DNA of 61,291 nucleotides, from the NCBI GenBank assembly GCA_028286565.1, contig JAQBRH010000003.1, positions 1 through 61,291 on the forward strand, in the 5' to 3' direction. The stretch comes from Parcubacteria group bacterium. Lineage in GTDB: Bacteria > Patescibacteriota > Minisyncoccia > Phycocordibacterales > Zambryskibacteraceae. The position numbers and the translations under genes are program-made. Under the pieces are notes generated by a model. That model saw only the letters and a program-made list of their open reading frames with translations, was not told the DNA's origin and searched no databases. Shown in pieces: positions 44,342-53,413 of this stretch. Numbering within the stretch: the stretch's first letter is position 1; each line of letters opens with the position of its first letter.

Positions 44342-45472
44342 ATGGCTCGTGTACGATATGTCATTGATCATGAGCGCGCCGAATGGGTCGTCCGTTCTCT
44401 CATCGACGCGTGGAGGCGGAAGCTTCCTCCGTTCGATCACGCGGAACCCGTGCCCGGCAGGCTCCCGAAGACCCTTGAGCCCGGAAGCGTGCAGCATGCT
44501 ATCTGGCTCATGGTCGGTCTCCTCTATATGAGGGGCAGGATCGACAGTGCCCAAGCGTTCTTGAGGCTCTGCAAGGTCTTCGACGAGCATCCGTGGATGT
44601 TCGATGTACAGACCTTTGCGGGCACCCTGAGCGAAGAGGTCAGGCTTCGGATGCACGAGATCTTGAAGGAGAACGGACTCGGATTCAATGTTCGGGAAAC
44701 CGTTCGGTTCTGGGACTTCAACCTGAAAAAGGTCAATAGGTTCTGGGAAGGAAATCCTCTTCGTATCTTTGGTGAGGCGAAGGACTACGCTGAACTTTGC
44801 CGGATCTTCATGATAGGGAAGGGTGATCCGGACCTGTCGACGGGCTTCATGGGACTTCGCGAGAAGATGGTGAGCATGTATCTCTATTTCCTCATCAATG
44901 CGAAGCTTGTGGAGCCGATGATGCATCCGGGGCCGGTCGACACTCACAATATCCGAGTGCTCGCATCCACCGAGGCGGTGAAAGCCGTCACCATGGAACC
45001 GGGAACGAGATACGAGTTCTATCAAGTATCTCCGGTGATCCGCGAAGTGTACCGCCTCTATTGCACGACAGTGGACGATGTCCTCGATTTCGCGAACGCG
45101 CTCTGGTATCTTTCCCGCGATTTCTGTTCGCGGAGCCAGGGTAACGCCTCGACGACCGGCGGCTATCGCGGCCGGGCGACGGAGGTCACAGCTAAGCGAA
45201 TCAGCTGGACCGAAAGCAAGACCGAGATCTATCATTCGACCTGCGGTCTCTGTCCGGTCGAAAGCGTTTGTGGGTGGAGCCTTCCATCGGCCCGCCAGTA
45301 CAATCAGGGCTTCCTTGAGATCCGTAGTGCCCGGCCGAAGCCTCATGCGCATCAGGAAACTCTGCTCGAGGTTCCTCGCGCCATCGTAAGCCGCGGTCCG
45401 AAACCCGTCGCTTCAAGATGGGCAGGAATAGAAGAGTTCAAGCACATGCACCAGGAAACACTGGACAAGTAA
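44342..45472 (+). CDS. HhH-GPD (endonuclease III / DNA glycosylase)-like protein
   Basis: GLREKMVSMYLYFL...PGPVDTHNIRVL (helix-hairpin-helix, Lys, catalytic Asp) and a C-terminal CGLCPVESVC (Cx2Cx5C) Fe-S-loop-like segment. AGAGGA RBS present. The terminator cccgtac-act-gtacggg-ttttt lies at 45473-45495. Confidence 0.5.
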   Translation: MARVRYVIDHERAEWVVRSLIDAWRRKLPPFDHAEPVPGRLPKTLEPGSVQHAIWLMVGLLYMRGRIDSAQAFLRLCKVFDEHPWMFDVQTFAGTLSEEVRLRMHEILKENGLGFNVRETVRFWDFNLKKVNRFWEGNPLRIFGEAKDYAELCRIFMIGKGDPDLSTGFMGLREKMVSMYLYFLINAKLVEPMMHPGPVDTHNIRVLASTEAVKAVTMEPGTRYEFYQVSPVIREVYRLYCTTVDDVLDFANALWYLSRDFCSRSQGNASTTGGYRGRATEVTAKRISWTESKTEIYHSTCGLCPVESVCGWSLPSARQYNQGFLEIRSARPKPHAHQETLLEVPRAIVSRGPKPVASRWAGIEEFKHMHQETLDK

Positions 45473-45503
45473 CCCGTACACTGTACGGGCTTTTTCTTTT
45501 TCC

Positions 45504-46052
45504 TTGTATACTAATTCTATGTTCACAAGTCCCAAACAAAATATTTTGGAGTTCGGGTTTCTTCCCGGACAAAAAGTGGCGGACCTCGGCTCCGGCGCCG
45601 GACACTATACGCACGCTCTCTCGGCCGCGCTCGGCAAGGACGGAAGAGTGATATCGGTCGACCTCGATCCGGCCCTCCTCGTGAAGGTCTACAAAGAAGG
45701 ACGCCTCGAAGGCAGAGACAATATTCGCCCGATAGACGGCAATGTGGAAGAGATGCGGGGCACGAAGATCGCCGATGAGGCGCTCGACGGAGCGGTCTTC
45801 GGCAACATCCTTTTCTTTTTGAAGGATAAGGGTACGGCGATCCAAGAAGCCAGACGAATCGTTAAAAAAGGAGGGAAGATCGGGGTTGTCGAATGGTCGG
45901 ACTCTTCATACCTTGCGCGGATAAAAACCGAAGGAGTGAACGAGGTCATCGGTGAAGATAAGGTGAAAGATCTTTTTAAATCCGAAGGCTTCGAGTTCGA
46001 ACGATCGTTCCCGGCCGGAGAGCACCACTACGGACTTATCTTTAAAAAGTGA
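45504..46052 (+). CDS. class I SAM-dependent methyltransferase (small-molecule/RNA type)
   Basis: Motif I VADLGSGAGHYT, then VISVDLD, then ARRIVKKGGKIGVVEW. Confidence 0.75.
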   Translation: MYTNSMFTSPKQNILEFGFLPGQKVADLGSGAGHYTHALSAALGKDGRVISVDLDPALLVKVYKEGRLEGRDNIRPIDGNVEEMRGTKIADEALDGAVFGNILFFLKDKGTAIQEARRIVKKGGKIGVVEWSDSSYLARIKTEGVNEVIGEDKVKDLFKSEGFEFERSFPAGEHHYGLIFKK

Positions 46053-46066
46053 TAGTATAAACGTAC

Positions 46067-47347
46067 ATGTCCAAGTTTCAGATCATTCTCCTTGCGGTCT
46101 TCGGGGTCTTTATCGTGCTCGCGGTCCTCTTGTTCTCCGTCTCTCGCGGATCTTCGAGCGCCTCAGCCACCGTGGTGGTCTGGGGGAACATGCCTTTCTA
46201 TGATTTCTCCTCTCTATTGAACAATGCGGGCCTCAACGGCAACAGCAAGCTTGTTATCAAATACGTCGAGAAGCCCGAGGCGACCTTCGATGCGGATTTT
46301 ACCGAGGCTCTGGCCGTCGGCAGCGGGCCCGATCTCGTCCTCCTCCCTCAGTCGAAGATCTGGAAAGAGCGCAACAAGCTCCTTCTCATCCCGGCAGCTT
46401 CGATCGCTCCAAAAGATTTTATCAGTACGTTCGTCGATGAAGCGGACCTCCTCCTCACAAGCGCGGGTACGTACGGCCTGCCTCTCTATATTGATCCGTT
46501 GGTCATGTATACCAACCGCGATCTCCTCTCCAAAGCTTCCTTTGCGAATCCTCCAAAGTATTGGGACGAGATCTATGACTATGCGAACAAGCTGACCGAA
46601 CGGGATAATGCGGGAAATGTCTCCACGAGCGCCATCGCCCTCGGCGAAGCCAAGAACATCCCGAATGCCAAGGATATCTTGTCTCTCCTCATGCTCCAGG
46701 CGGGAACTCCGATCACCTATTTCCAAGGCGCCGACCTTCATTCGGCTCTCGAGGACAGCTTCAACCTCCCTCTCCTTCCGGCTGCCGCGGCTCTCGACTT
46801 TTATACCCAATTCTCAAACCCCGCCAAGCCCTATTATTCGTGGAATCGCTCGCTCCTCCCGGCTAATACCGCCTTCACTTCTGGGAAGACCGCTCTCTAC
46901 CTCGGATACGCAAGCGAACTCACCCTCTTGAAGGCAAAGAATCCAACCCTTTCCCTCGGCGTCTCTCTCGTCCCGCAATCGCGGGTGTCCGGCAAATCTC
47001 TGACATACGGCAGGCTTGAAACTCTCTCGGTGGTCAAAAATACGCCGAACGCCGCGGCCGCCCTCGAAGCCGCTCTTCTGCTTGTCTCTCAGAACTCCGC
47101 CCGCGCGCTGACTCAGATCAATTTCTTGCCTCCGGCCAGGCGCGATCTTCTTTCGGAGCGCCAGGCTGATCCGAACCAGGCGACGTTCTACACAGCCGCC
47201 CTCCAATCCAAGGGCTGGATCGACCCGGATGATATAAAAACAGAAAAACTTTTCACCGACATGATCGAAAGCGTGACCTCGGGCCGGGCTCGAACCGACG
47301 AAGCTATTTCTAGCACGAGCTTCGCTTTAGACTCACTTGCAAAATGA
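46067..47347 (+). CDS. membrane-anchored extracellular solute-binding-protein-like protein
   Basis: N-terminal TM segment, a periplasmic-binding-protein-type length and a pattern (VVVWGN..., DLVLLPQ, YGLPLYIDP). Confidence 0.55.
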   Translation: MSKFQIILLAVFGVFIVLAVLLFSVSRGSSSASATVVVWGNMPFYDFSSLLNNAGLNGNSKLVIKYVEKPEATFDADFTEALAVGSGPDLVLLPQSKIWKERNKLLLIPAASIAPKDFISTFVDEADLLLTSAGTYGLPLYIDPLVMYTNRDLLSKASFANPPKYWDEIYDYANKLTERDNAGNVSTSAIALGEAKNIPNAKDILSLLMLQAGTPITYFQGADLHSALEDSFNLPLLPAAAALDFYTQFSNPAKPYYSWNRSLLPANTAFTSGKTALYLGYASELTLLKAKNPTLSLGVSLVPQSRVSGKSLTYGRLETLSVVKNTPNAAAALEAALLLVSQNSARALTQINFLPPARRDLLSERQADPNQATFYTAALQSKGWIDPDDIKTEKLFTDMIESVTSGRARTDEAISSTSFALDSLAK

Positions 47348-47742
47348 TGCGTACGCTTTCTCACATCGCCGCAACGATCTGTCTTCTTCTTTTGTTCGGT
47401 ATGCCGATTCTTGTATTAGGAGCACCGCCTTGTTCAGGCCCAAATTGTCTTATTCCTTGTGATGGGCCGGAATGCGGTTTTGACCACTTGGTCCAGCTTG
47501 GGATCGCTATCATCAACAACCTTATTATCTATGCGACCATCCTCACCGTGGCCGTCCTTGCGTACGCCGGGTTCACACTCGTCACGTCGGGAGGGGACGA
47601 GGGAGCGTTGAAGAAGGCCAAAGGCATGTTCTGGTCGGTTGTTAAGGGATACGTGTGGATACTCATCGCTTGGATTCTCGTCTATACTGTTATGAACGCC
47701 TTGGTAGACCCTTCATACAATTCTGTCCTTGGTAAACCATAA
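47344..47742 (+). CDS. small T4SS-pilin-like (TrbC/VirB2-type architecture) protein 1, Cys-rich N-terminus
   Basis: Signal peptide, CSGPNCLIPCDGPEC, then two hydrophobic helices separated by GGDEGALKKAKG. Confidence 0.6.
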   Translation: MMRTLSHIAATICLLLLFGMPILVLGAPPCSGPNCLIPCDGPECGFDHLVQLGIAIINNLIIYATILTVAVLAYAGFTLVTSGGDEGALKKAKGMFWSVVKGYVWILIAWILVYTVMNALVDPSYNSVLGKP

Positions 47743-47743
47743 A

Positions 47744-48169
47744 ATGAAAAAATATCTTCCAGGAATTCTCGCGGTTATCTTCCTACTCATGATTTCTGTT
47801 TCGGTGGCGTATGCTCAGCCAGCTCCCGGCAGCGGTACCGTGCCTGCCAACCCCCCGGGACACGGTACAGTGCCAGGAAGTAATGTCAGTGTTACCCCGA
47901 TCCTCACGAACCCATTTTCCAAAGGAGGCAATTCCCTCATCGACCTCTTCAATGCCATTCTAAAAAATATCGTTCTGCCGATCGGCGGAGTGATCATTAT
48001 CCTCGCTTTCATCTACTCGGGGTTTCTCTATGTCTCGGCTCAAGGGGATGAGAACAAGGTCAGTACGGCGCACCGCGCCTTCCTCTACACCGCGGTCGGG
48101 GCGGCCATTCTCCTCGGAGCCGAAGCGATCTCGGTTGTGATATCCAATACTATAAGCAGCCTGAAATGA
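47744..48169 (+). CDS. small T4SS-pilin-like protein 2
   Basis: Start moved to MKKYLPG. Signal peptide and two helices separated by AQGDENKVSTAHR. Confidence 0.6.
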   Translation: MKKYLPGILAVIFLLMISVSVAYAQPAPGSGTVPANPPGHGTVPGSNVSVTPILTNPFSKGGNSLIDLFNAILKNIVLPIGGVIIILAFIYSGFLYVSAQGDENKVSTAHRAFLYTAVGAAILLGAEAISVVISNTISSLK

Positions 48170-48492
48170 AATATTTTTTCCTCGCTCTCCTTGTTCCGTT
48201 TTTCGCCCATGCGGCGCCGTCGGATTTTACCGGGGTGGTAAATTTGTTCCTCTCACTCGTGAATGCGGTCATCCCCGTCCTCATGGGGCTCGCCTTCCTC
48301 CTCTTTCTGTGGGGGATCGCCCAGTTCATCAGGAACGCCGCGGATACGAAGTCTCATGAGGACGGCAAACAGATGATGATCTGGGGCATCATCGCTCTCT
48401 TTGTGATGGTCTCGTACCTCGCCATTGTTCATGCGGCGCAAGGAGATGTGTTCGGGAGATCGTTCGGACGACCGAGCTTGCCAGAAAATTAG
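48166..48492 (+). CDS. small T4SS-pilin-like protein 3
   Basis: Signal peptide and two helices separated by NAADTKSHEDGKQ. Confidence 0.6.
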   Translation: MKYFFLALLVPFFAHAAPSDFTGVVNLFLSLVNAVIPVLMGLAFLLFLWGIAQFIRNAADTKSHEDGKQMMIWGIIALFVMVSYLAIVHAAQGDVFGRSFGRPSLPEN

Positions 48493-48502
48493 AATAACAA
48501 TC

Positions 48503-48904
48503 ATGAAAAAAATACTTATAGGATCGATCGCCCTCGCACCCTTTGTCGCTTTTGCCGCTCCGTTCAACGGTCTCCTCTCTCTTATTCACCAGATAGGATC
48601 TGTTATCAAGGCCCTTATCCCCATTGTGGCCGGCCTCGCCTTGCTCTACTTTTTCTGGGGCCTCGCGAAATTCATCCTCAATGCAAACGATGAGAAGAAG
48701 CATGAAGAGGGCAAGAACATCATGATCTGGGGCATCATCGCTCTCTTTGTGATGGTTTCCGTCTGGGGCATCGTCGCATTTATTCAGAGTAATCTTGGCC
48801 TGCCTGTAACATCCACCGGAGGATCCTCTGTTACTCCGGGTTCTTCTGGCGGCGGAGCTTTCGATCCGAATTGTGGAATCGCTGCGGGCCAGGATCCTTG
48901 CTAA
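48503..48904 (+). CDS. small T4SS-pilin-like protein 4
   Basis: Start moved to MKKILIGS. Same architecture (NANDEKKHEEGKN loop). Confidence 0.6.
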   Translation: MKKILIGSIALAPFVAFAAPFNGLLSLIHQIGSVIKALIPIVAGLALLYFFWGLAKFILNANDEKKHEEGKNIMIWGIIALFVMVSVWGIVAFIQSNLGLPVTSTGGSSVTPGSSGGGAFDPNCGIAAGQDPC

Positions 48905-49001
48905 TCCACACCCACCTGGCATTTTCTTCGGATGAGGGTATGATTAATCTGTTACCCAATGATTTAAAGGGGATATTAAAAATAACGAATCTATTACGTT
49001 A

Positions 49002-49358
49002 ATGAAAAAGATCTTACTTAGTGCTCTCGCCTTCGCTCCGGCTTTCGCCTTCGCTCAGTCCGGACCTCAACTCGGCGGCATCTTCACCCTTATGAACAAT
49101 GTGAAGAGGCTCGTTGACCTCGCCCTTCCGCTTGTCGTCGGTCTCGCTCTCCTCGGATTCTTCTGGGGTCTTATGAAGTTCATCTTCGCCGCAGCCGATG
49201 AAGAGAAGCGCAAAGAAGCCCGCCAGATCATGATCTACGGAGTCATCGCCCTCTTCGTCATGGTCGCCGTATGGGGACTCGTCGGATTCGTCGGTAACGC
49301 TCTCGGCATCGCTCCCGGTCAGGACAGCGGGCACATTCCTACCGTTCAGGGACTCTAA
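49002..49358 (+). CDS. small T4SS-pilin-like protein 5
   Basis: Same architecture (AAADEEKRKEARQ loop). Confidence 0.6.
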   Translation: MKKILLSALAFAPAFAFAQSGPQLGGIFTLMNNVKRLVDLALPLVVGLALLGFFWGLMKFIFAAADEEKRKEARQIMIYGVIALFVMVAVWGLVGFVGNALGIAPGQDSGHIPTVQGL

Positions 49359-49370
49359 GATATTCCTTTC

Positions 49371-49658
49371 GTGGCAGCCGCACAGCTCTCCATCGCTCCG
49401 TTCTTGAACAAGGTCAACCAGTTCATCCTTAATCCGCTCATCGGGCTTCTCTTCGCGGTCGCTCTCTGCATCTTCATTTACGGGATCGTCCTCTTCATCA
49501 AAGATTCGAACGACAGCACGGCTCGAGAGAAGGGCAGAAGGAGCATCCTCTACGGACTTGTGGGAATGTTCATCATGTTCAGCGCCTACGGAATAGTGCG
49601 GGTCATCCTCAATACCTTCGATCTGAATACTCCGCCTTACATAGATAAGAAACTCTAG
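49371..49658 (+). CDS. small T4SS-pilin-like protein 6 (GTG start, no signal peptide)
   Basis: Two helices separated by DSNDSTAREKGRR. Followed by the terminator ccccgc-atct-gcgggg-ttttt (49662-49686). Confidence 0.5.
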   Translation: MAAAQLSIAPFLNKVNQFILNPLIGLLFAVALCIFIYGIVLFIKDSNDSTAREKGRRSILYGLVGMFIMFSAYGIVRVILNTFDLNTPPYIDKKL

Positions 49659-49737
49659 ATCAAAACCCCGCATCTGCGGGGTTTTTGGCATGAAAAAAGC
49701 CGGAAGCGCGCGAAGCGCTTCCGGCGGCGTTGCTTGA

Positions 49738-50457
49738 TCAGCAACGGGTCTTGCAGAGGTATACGGTGATCAGCTGGTCCTTCCCGATCGGGTTGAACGC
49801 ATAGATCCGAGACTTCCCGAATTCCGCGTCGTGGTTCGGACGAATGCTGTCCGTCTTCACATCCGTTTTCACGACGACAGTGTCGTTCAGGTCCGAAGGC
49901 CAGATCGCGAGATCGTACCCAGCATACTTGGAGGGTACTCTCCAGGGACGGGTGAATTCTCCCTTCTTTGCGTAAAAACCTACGCTGTCGCGTTCCGGAG
50001 TCGGCGGCGGAAGAGGGTGAAGCCGGAGGTAAGCGGCCTGCTTCGCCACCTCCACCGCTTCTACTTCCTTGCTGTGTTCCATCGCCTTCGAGCCGATGTT
50101 CGAGATGAGGAGGATGACGAACGCCCCGATCACAAGCCCTGTCCACGTCTTCTCATCTGCAGGCCAGAGGATGAAGATCGCTGCTGCGAGTGCGATGAGC
50201 CAAACATACCAGCTTGGCTTCAGATATCCGAGCACGTTCGGCCAGGAGAAGAAGAGGATGAGAAGGAAGATGATCGCCGCGAGCGTGCCGGTGATCAGTC
50301 TACCTTGGTGTTTCCCAATGTTTTCCTGGGTCTTCTCCCAAAACGTTTGGGCTGGTGCCGGAGCCGCCTGAGCGGCGGTAGAGGCAGGTGCTGCAGAGGG
50401 CGCCGCGGGTGCGGGCCGTGCAGATCTTGGTCGTGCGGGTCGAGGGGTTGTGGCCAT
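49738..50457 (-). CDS. membrane protein downstream of the SPFH gene
   Basis: Start moved to MATTPRP, which has GGAGG 7 nt upstream. Ala/Pro-rich N-terminus, 3-4 TM helices and a beta-rich C-terminal domain. Confidence 0.55.
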   Translation of the reverse strand: MATTPRPARPRSARPAPAAPSAAPASTAAQAAPAPAQTFWEKTQENIGKHQGRLITGTLAAIIFLLILFFSWPNVLGYLKPSWYVWLIALAAAIFILWPADEKTWTGLVIGAFVILLISNIGSKAMEHSKEVEAVEVAKQAAYLRLHPLPPPTPERDSVGFYAKKGEFTRPWRVPSKYAGYDLAIWPSDLNDTVVVKTDVKTDSIRPNHDAEFGKSRIYAFNPIGKDQLITVYLCKTRC

Positions 50458-50567
50458 GGTAGACCTCCAATGATGTATGTGATGAGCTTCTTTTTGCATT
50501 ATATCATCTTTATATTAAAAAGTCAATATATAAAAACCCCTACTGTCGATCGACAGTAGGGGGAATC

Positions 50568-51671
50568 TTAGGCGGCGTTTGCCTCTCCGAGTACTTTTTC
50601 GAGTACGGCCATGAGCTCGATTGCTCCTCCGGCAACAATCAGTTTCGGGTTTTGGAAAGCAGTCTGAAGCACGTCGAGCTTGCGGGCCATGATGGCGTGA
50701 GGCTTCTGCATCTGCTCGGCAACCTTCTGGATCGCTTCAGCTTCAGCATTACCCTTTACCGTGATCGCGTGGGCCTCGGCGTCAGCCTTGAGACGGATCC
50801 CTTGAGCTTCAGCTTCTTCCTGGCTGATCTTTTCTTCACGCTTCTTCAAGGCCACTGCGGCGTCAGACATCGCCTCGTTCACTCGACGACCCGGGAAGAG
50901 ATTGACGATGGTGGTGTCGTCGATGACTATGCCGAGCGGCTTGCCGTGCTTGGCGATCATCTCCTGGGTTTTTGCGTTCTTCATGTGGTTGAGAAGCAGA
51001 TCGAGCTGCTTTTCCCCCACGAACTCTACGAGAAGGACTTGGACATAGCCGCTGATCTCTTCCTTCACTCGAATACTTTCTCCGAGCGTCGTCTTCGTGA
51101 GGATGCTCTGAAGCAGAGACTCCTCGAGGTCGCGAAGCCAGCCAAAGACCTTCTCGATGTCCCCGTCGGCGTTCTGGATGAACTGAAAGAGCTTGCCCTT
51201 CACGAGATGGATCTTGATGGTGAAGCTAGCTTCGGAAGTGAGGCGCAGACTCAGCGGATCCTTTATGATCGCCTCGTAACGAGCCTTGTCCGATCTCTCA
51301 ATCTCACTGAGCTTTAGAGTCGGGCCATTCTTGATCTCATCCTCGGTCGGCTTCCAGCTGTAGAACAGCGCCTGATCAGCGGGAGCATGAGTGATGTGGA
51401 TCGGTGTTACCTGCCATCCTTCGAGCGGCTGATCATCATAGCGCTGAACATCCTCGGGTTCCCCTGGGAACTGCCGCTGTTCGGCGACCGTTGAGAACCT
51501 GCGCATCTTTTGGATAAAGCGCCACACGAGATGCGGCCCGCTTCCTTCCTCGCGGCTTGGGTTGCCGAGAGAGGATATGGCGCCGACCTCATTCGCCTCG
51601 TTGATCATGATCGAGGATATGAAGTAGAGCAACAGTATAATGATTACGCCAATGGGGATTTGCACCCACAT
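50568..51671 (-). CDS. SPFH/Band-7 (flotillin/stomatin-like) protein
   Basis: N-terminal TM segment, SPFH core and a C-terminal AEA-rich coiled coil (AEAQGIRLKADAEAHAITVKGNAEAEAIQ). Confidence 0.75.
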   Translation of the reverse strand: MWVQIPIGVIIILLLYFISSIMINEANEVGAISSLGNPSREEGSGPHLVWRFIQKMRRFSTVAEQRQFPGEPEDVQRYDDQPLEGWQVTPIHITHAPADQALFYSWKPTEDEIKNGPTLKLSEIERSDKARYEAIIKDPLSLRLTSEASFTIKIHLVKGKLFQFIQNADGDIEKVFGWLRDLEESLLQSILTKTTLGESIRVKEEISGYVQVLLVEFVGEKQLDLLLNHMKNAKTQEMIAKHGKPLGIVIDDTTIVNLFPGRRVNEAMSDAAVALKKREEKISQEEAEAQGIRLKADAEAHAITVKGNAEAEAIQKVAEQMQKPHAIMARKLDVLQTAFQNPKLIVAGGAIELMAVLEKVLGEANAA

Positions 51672-51760
51672 GATGGCTCCTTGAGGCTTGGCCTCTTTGA
51701 AAGTTAACGTACACGTTGGTCTATCGTGATTTTATCACAAAAAACATAAAAGTCAAATAT

Positions 51761-51844
51761 TGGTGCCGGGGAGAGGACTTGAACCTCCACACCTTGCGGT
51801 ACCAGTTCCTAAAACTGGCGTGTCTACCATTTCACCACCCCGGC
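51761..51844 (-). tRNA. tRNA-Leu(TAG), CCA encoded
   Basis: Acceptor gccgggg/ccccggc, anticodon loop ttTAGga, long variable arm. An extended -10 TGCTACTAT (51854-51862, minus) lies upstream. Confidence 0.9.
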
Positions 51845-52007
51845 AATGCGAGCATAGTAGCACAGCTTTTGTGGTCACGAATAGTTTCCTCGCCGCCACT
51901 CGGAAACTTTCTCGACCCCGGCTCGGTATCTCGCGTACTCGCTCGATATGCCTGCGCCTCGCACAAAATACATAAACATCCCGACTGCTCGGGATTTTAT
52001 GATTTTG

Positions 52008-52080
52008 TGCGCCCGGTAGGAATCGAACCTACGACCATCTCCTTAAGAGGGAGCTGCTCTACCAACTGAGCTACGGGCGC
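52008..52080 (-). tRNA. tRNA-Lys(CTT)
   Basis: Acceptor gcgcccg/cgggcgc, anticodon loop ctCTTaa, T arm gtagg-ttcgatt-cctac. Confidence 0.88.
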
Positions 52081-52132
52081 AAATATGGGACAAACAAAAC
52101 TATATCTAAAAACAGCCTATTATTCAATCGAG

Positions 52133-52203
52133 TGCGGGTACCGGGAATCGAACCCGGGTCTCAGCCTTGGGAAGGCCGCATTCTGCCACTAAACCATACC
52201 CGC
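52133..52203 (-). tRNA. tRNA-Gly(CCC)
   Basis: Acceptor gcgggta/tacccgc, anticodon loop ttCCCaa, T arm ccggg-ttcgatt-cccgg. Confidence 0.85.
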
Positions 52204-52424
52204 AGAAAAATAATGATACCTTCTTTGTCCGGGAGTATCTATTCTTTGTTCTTGAATGGAGGAAGCTCTTGCTGCATTCGCCGTATCCATTCGGCGGGGA
52301 CCGGGCGGGGAGTCGGGTGCGGGATCTTCTTTATATAGAGGTAGATAAGGGCCGCGCTTATCGCGAGACAGAGAGTGATGATGACTATTTGAGTCTCTAG
52401 ATTTTTTATATGCATAATTGTTGA

Positions 52425-52958
52425 TTATTGATTGACGATCGCATACGTCTGAGCGTTCCATCCGTGGAATGAATACAGCGGATTACCGTCCACCCATTTT
52501 GTCCCCGCGTGCTGGATATCGTATCGGGAGGCGTTCTCCATTCGGGCTGCCAGAGCATAGCTTGTCCCATCGCTCCAATATGCATATGTAGCCGGACCAG
52601 CTGTTGTACTCCAGGGCCACATACATACATTGACCGGATCGTGCGACTGAGCGCTGATGTATCCCGAGCTCCATGTGTACGCCCCATTATCAGGCATCCA
52701 ATTTGTGGCTTGCCAGCAATCTGCGAACCAGGTGTTTCCATTGTATGTGGTAATCGGATAATGCCCTGATGTATCCGCATACAATCTGAGAGCGGTGACC
52801 ATTTGCCTCAGGGTTTGGATCCTCTGAGCATCTCGAGCCTTTGAGCGCGCGCTTTGAAGACTTGAGAGGATGATGGACGAAAGAAGGCTGATGATAGATA
52901 TCACCACCAAGAGTTCGATCAGGGTGAAACCGCGGTTCTTTCTCGAAGATATCTTCAT
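52425..52958 (-). CDS. type IV pilin / pseudopilin (prepilin N-terminal methylation motif)
   Basis: RGFTLIELLVVISIISLLSSIIL, the class III signal peptide. Confidence 0.85.
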   Translation of the reverse strand: MKISSRKNRGFTLIELLVVISIISLLSSIILSSLQSARSKARDAQRIQTLRQMVTALRLYADTSGHYPITTYNGNTWFADCWQATNWMPDNGAYTWSSGYISAQSHDPVNVCMWPWSTTAGPATYAYWSDGTSYALAARMENASRYDIQHAGTKWVDGNPLYSFHGWNAQTYAIVNQ

Positions 52959-53255
52959 TTAATTATTATTGTTCGGCAAGGGGAGAGCGGGAATGTGCCG
53001 CTGCATTTCGCGGATCAGGCTTTGGGACGCCGGTCCGATCTGACCCTGAGGGCCGCGAGCTTTGAAAAAAAATACTCCGAGCGCGATCAAGAAAATAACC
53101 GAAGCGACGGCGAGAAGGACCTTCTTCGCGTTATCCTCGGTCGAAACGATGCCCGTTCTCATCACCATCTTTGCCATCCATGAAATGCTCGCTTGTCGGA
53201 AGGAGGGACGAATAAGCTCTGTCACATCCTCGCCGATGAATTCTACGTTTGTCAT
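52959..53255 (-). CDS. membrane-anchored hypothetical protein
   Basis: 98 aa with a central TM segment. Its stop codon directly abuts the pilin start codon. Confidence 0.45.
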   Translation of the reverse strand: MTNVEFIGEDVTELIRPSFRQASISWMAKMVMRTGIVSTEDNAKKVLLAVASVIFLIALGVFFFKARGPQGQIGPASQSLIREMQRHIPALPLPNNNN

Positions 53256-53320
53256 GGAGGAATTATACCTTGTAAATCAAAGGGAGAAAATCTTATAGTT
53301 GTGCTAAGGTAGATGACGTC

Positions 53321-53394
53321 GACCTAGTCGCCAAGTGGTAAGGCAAAGCTCTGCAAAAGCTTCATCGGCGGTTCGATTCCGCCCTAGGTCTCCA
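53321..53394 (+). tRNA. tRNA-Cys(GCA), CCA encoded
   Basis: Acceptor gacctag/ctaggtc, anticodon loop ctGCAaa, T arm ggcgg-ttcgatt-ccgcc. Confidence 0.9.
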
Positions 53395-53413
53395 TGCTCC
53401 GTGGAGCAGATTT

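Noticed and set aside
44324-45352. 342-aa minus-strand ORF opposite the HhH-GPD-like gene
   Set aside because: It has no motifs and is Arg/Pro/His-rich. The plus-strand frame carries the HhH/Asp/Cys-loop motifs, an RBS and a terminator. Some doubt remains.
45504-46052. DNA methyltransferase completing a restriction-modification system with the neighbouring nuclease-like gene
   Set aside because: It is only 182 aa, has motif I but no (D/N)PP(Y/F) or PCQ/ENV motifs, and resembles small-molecule/RNA methyltransferases. The linkage is mentioned only as context.
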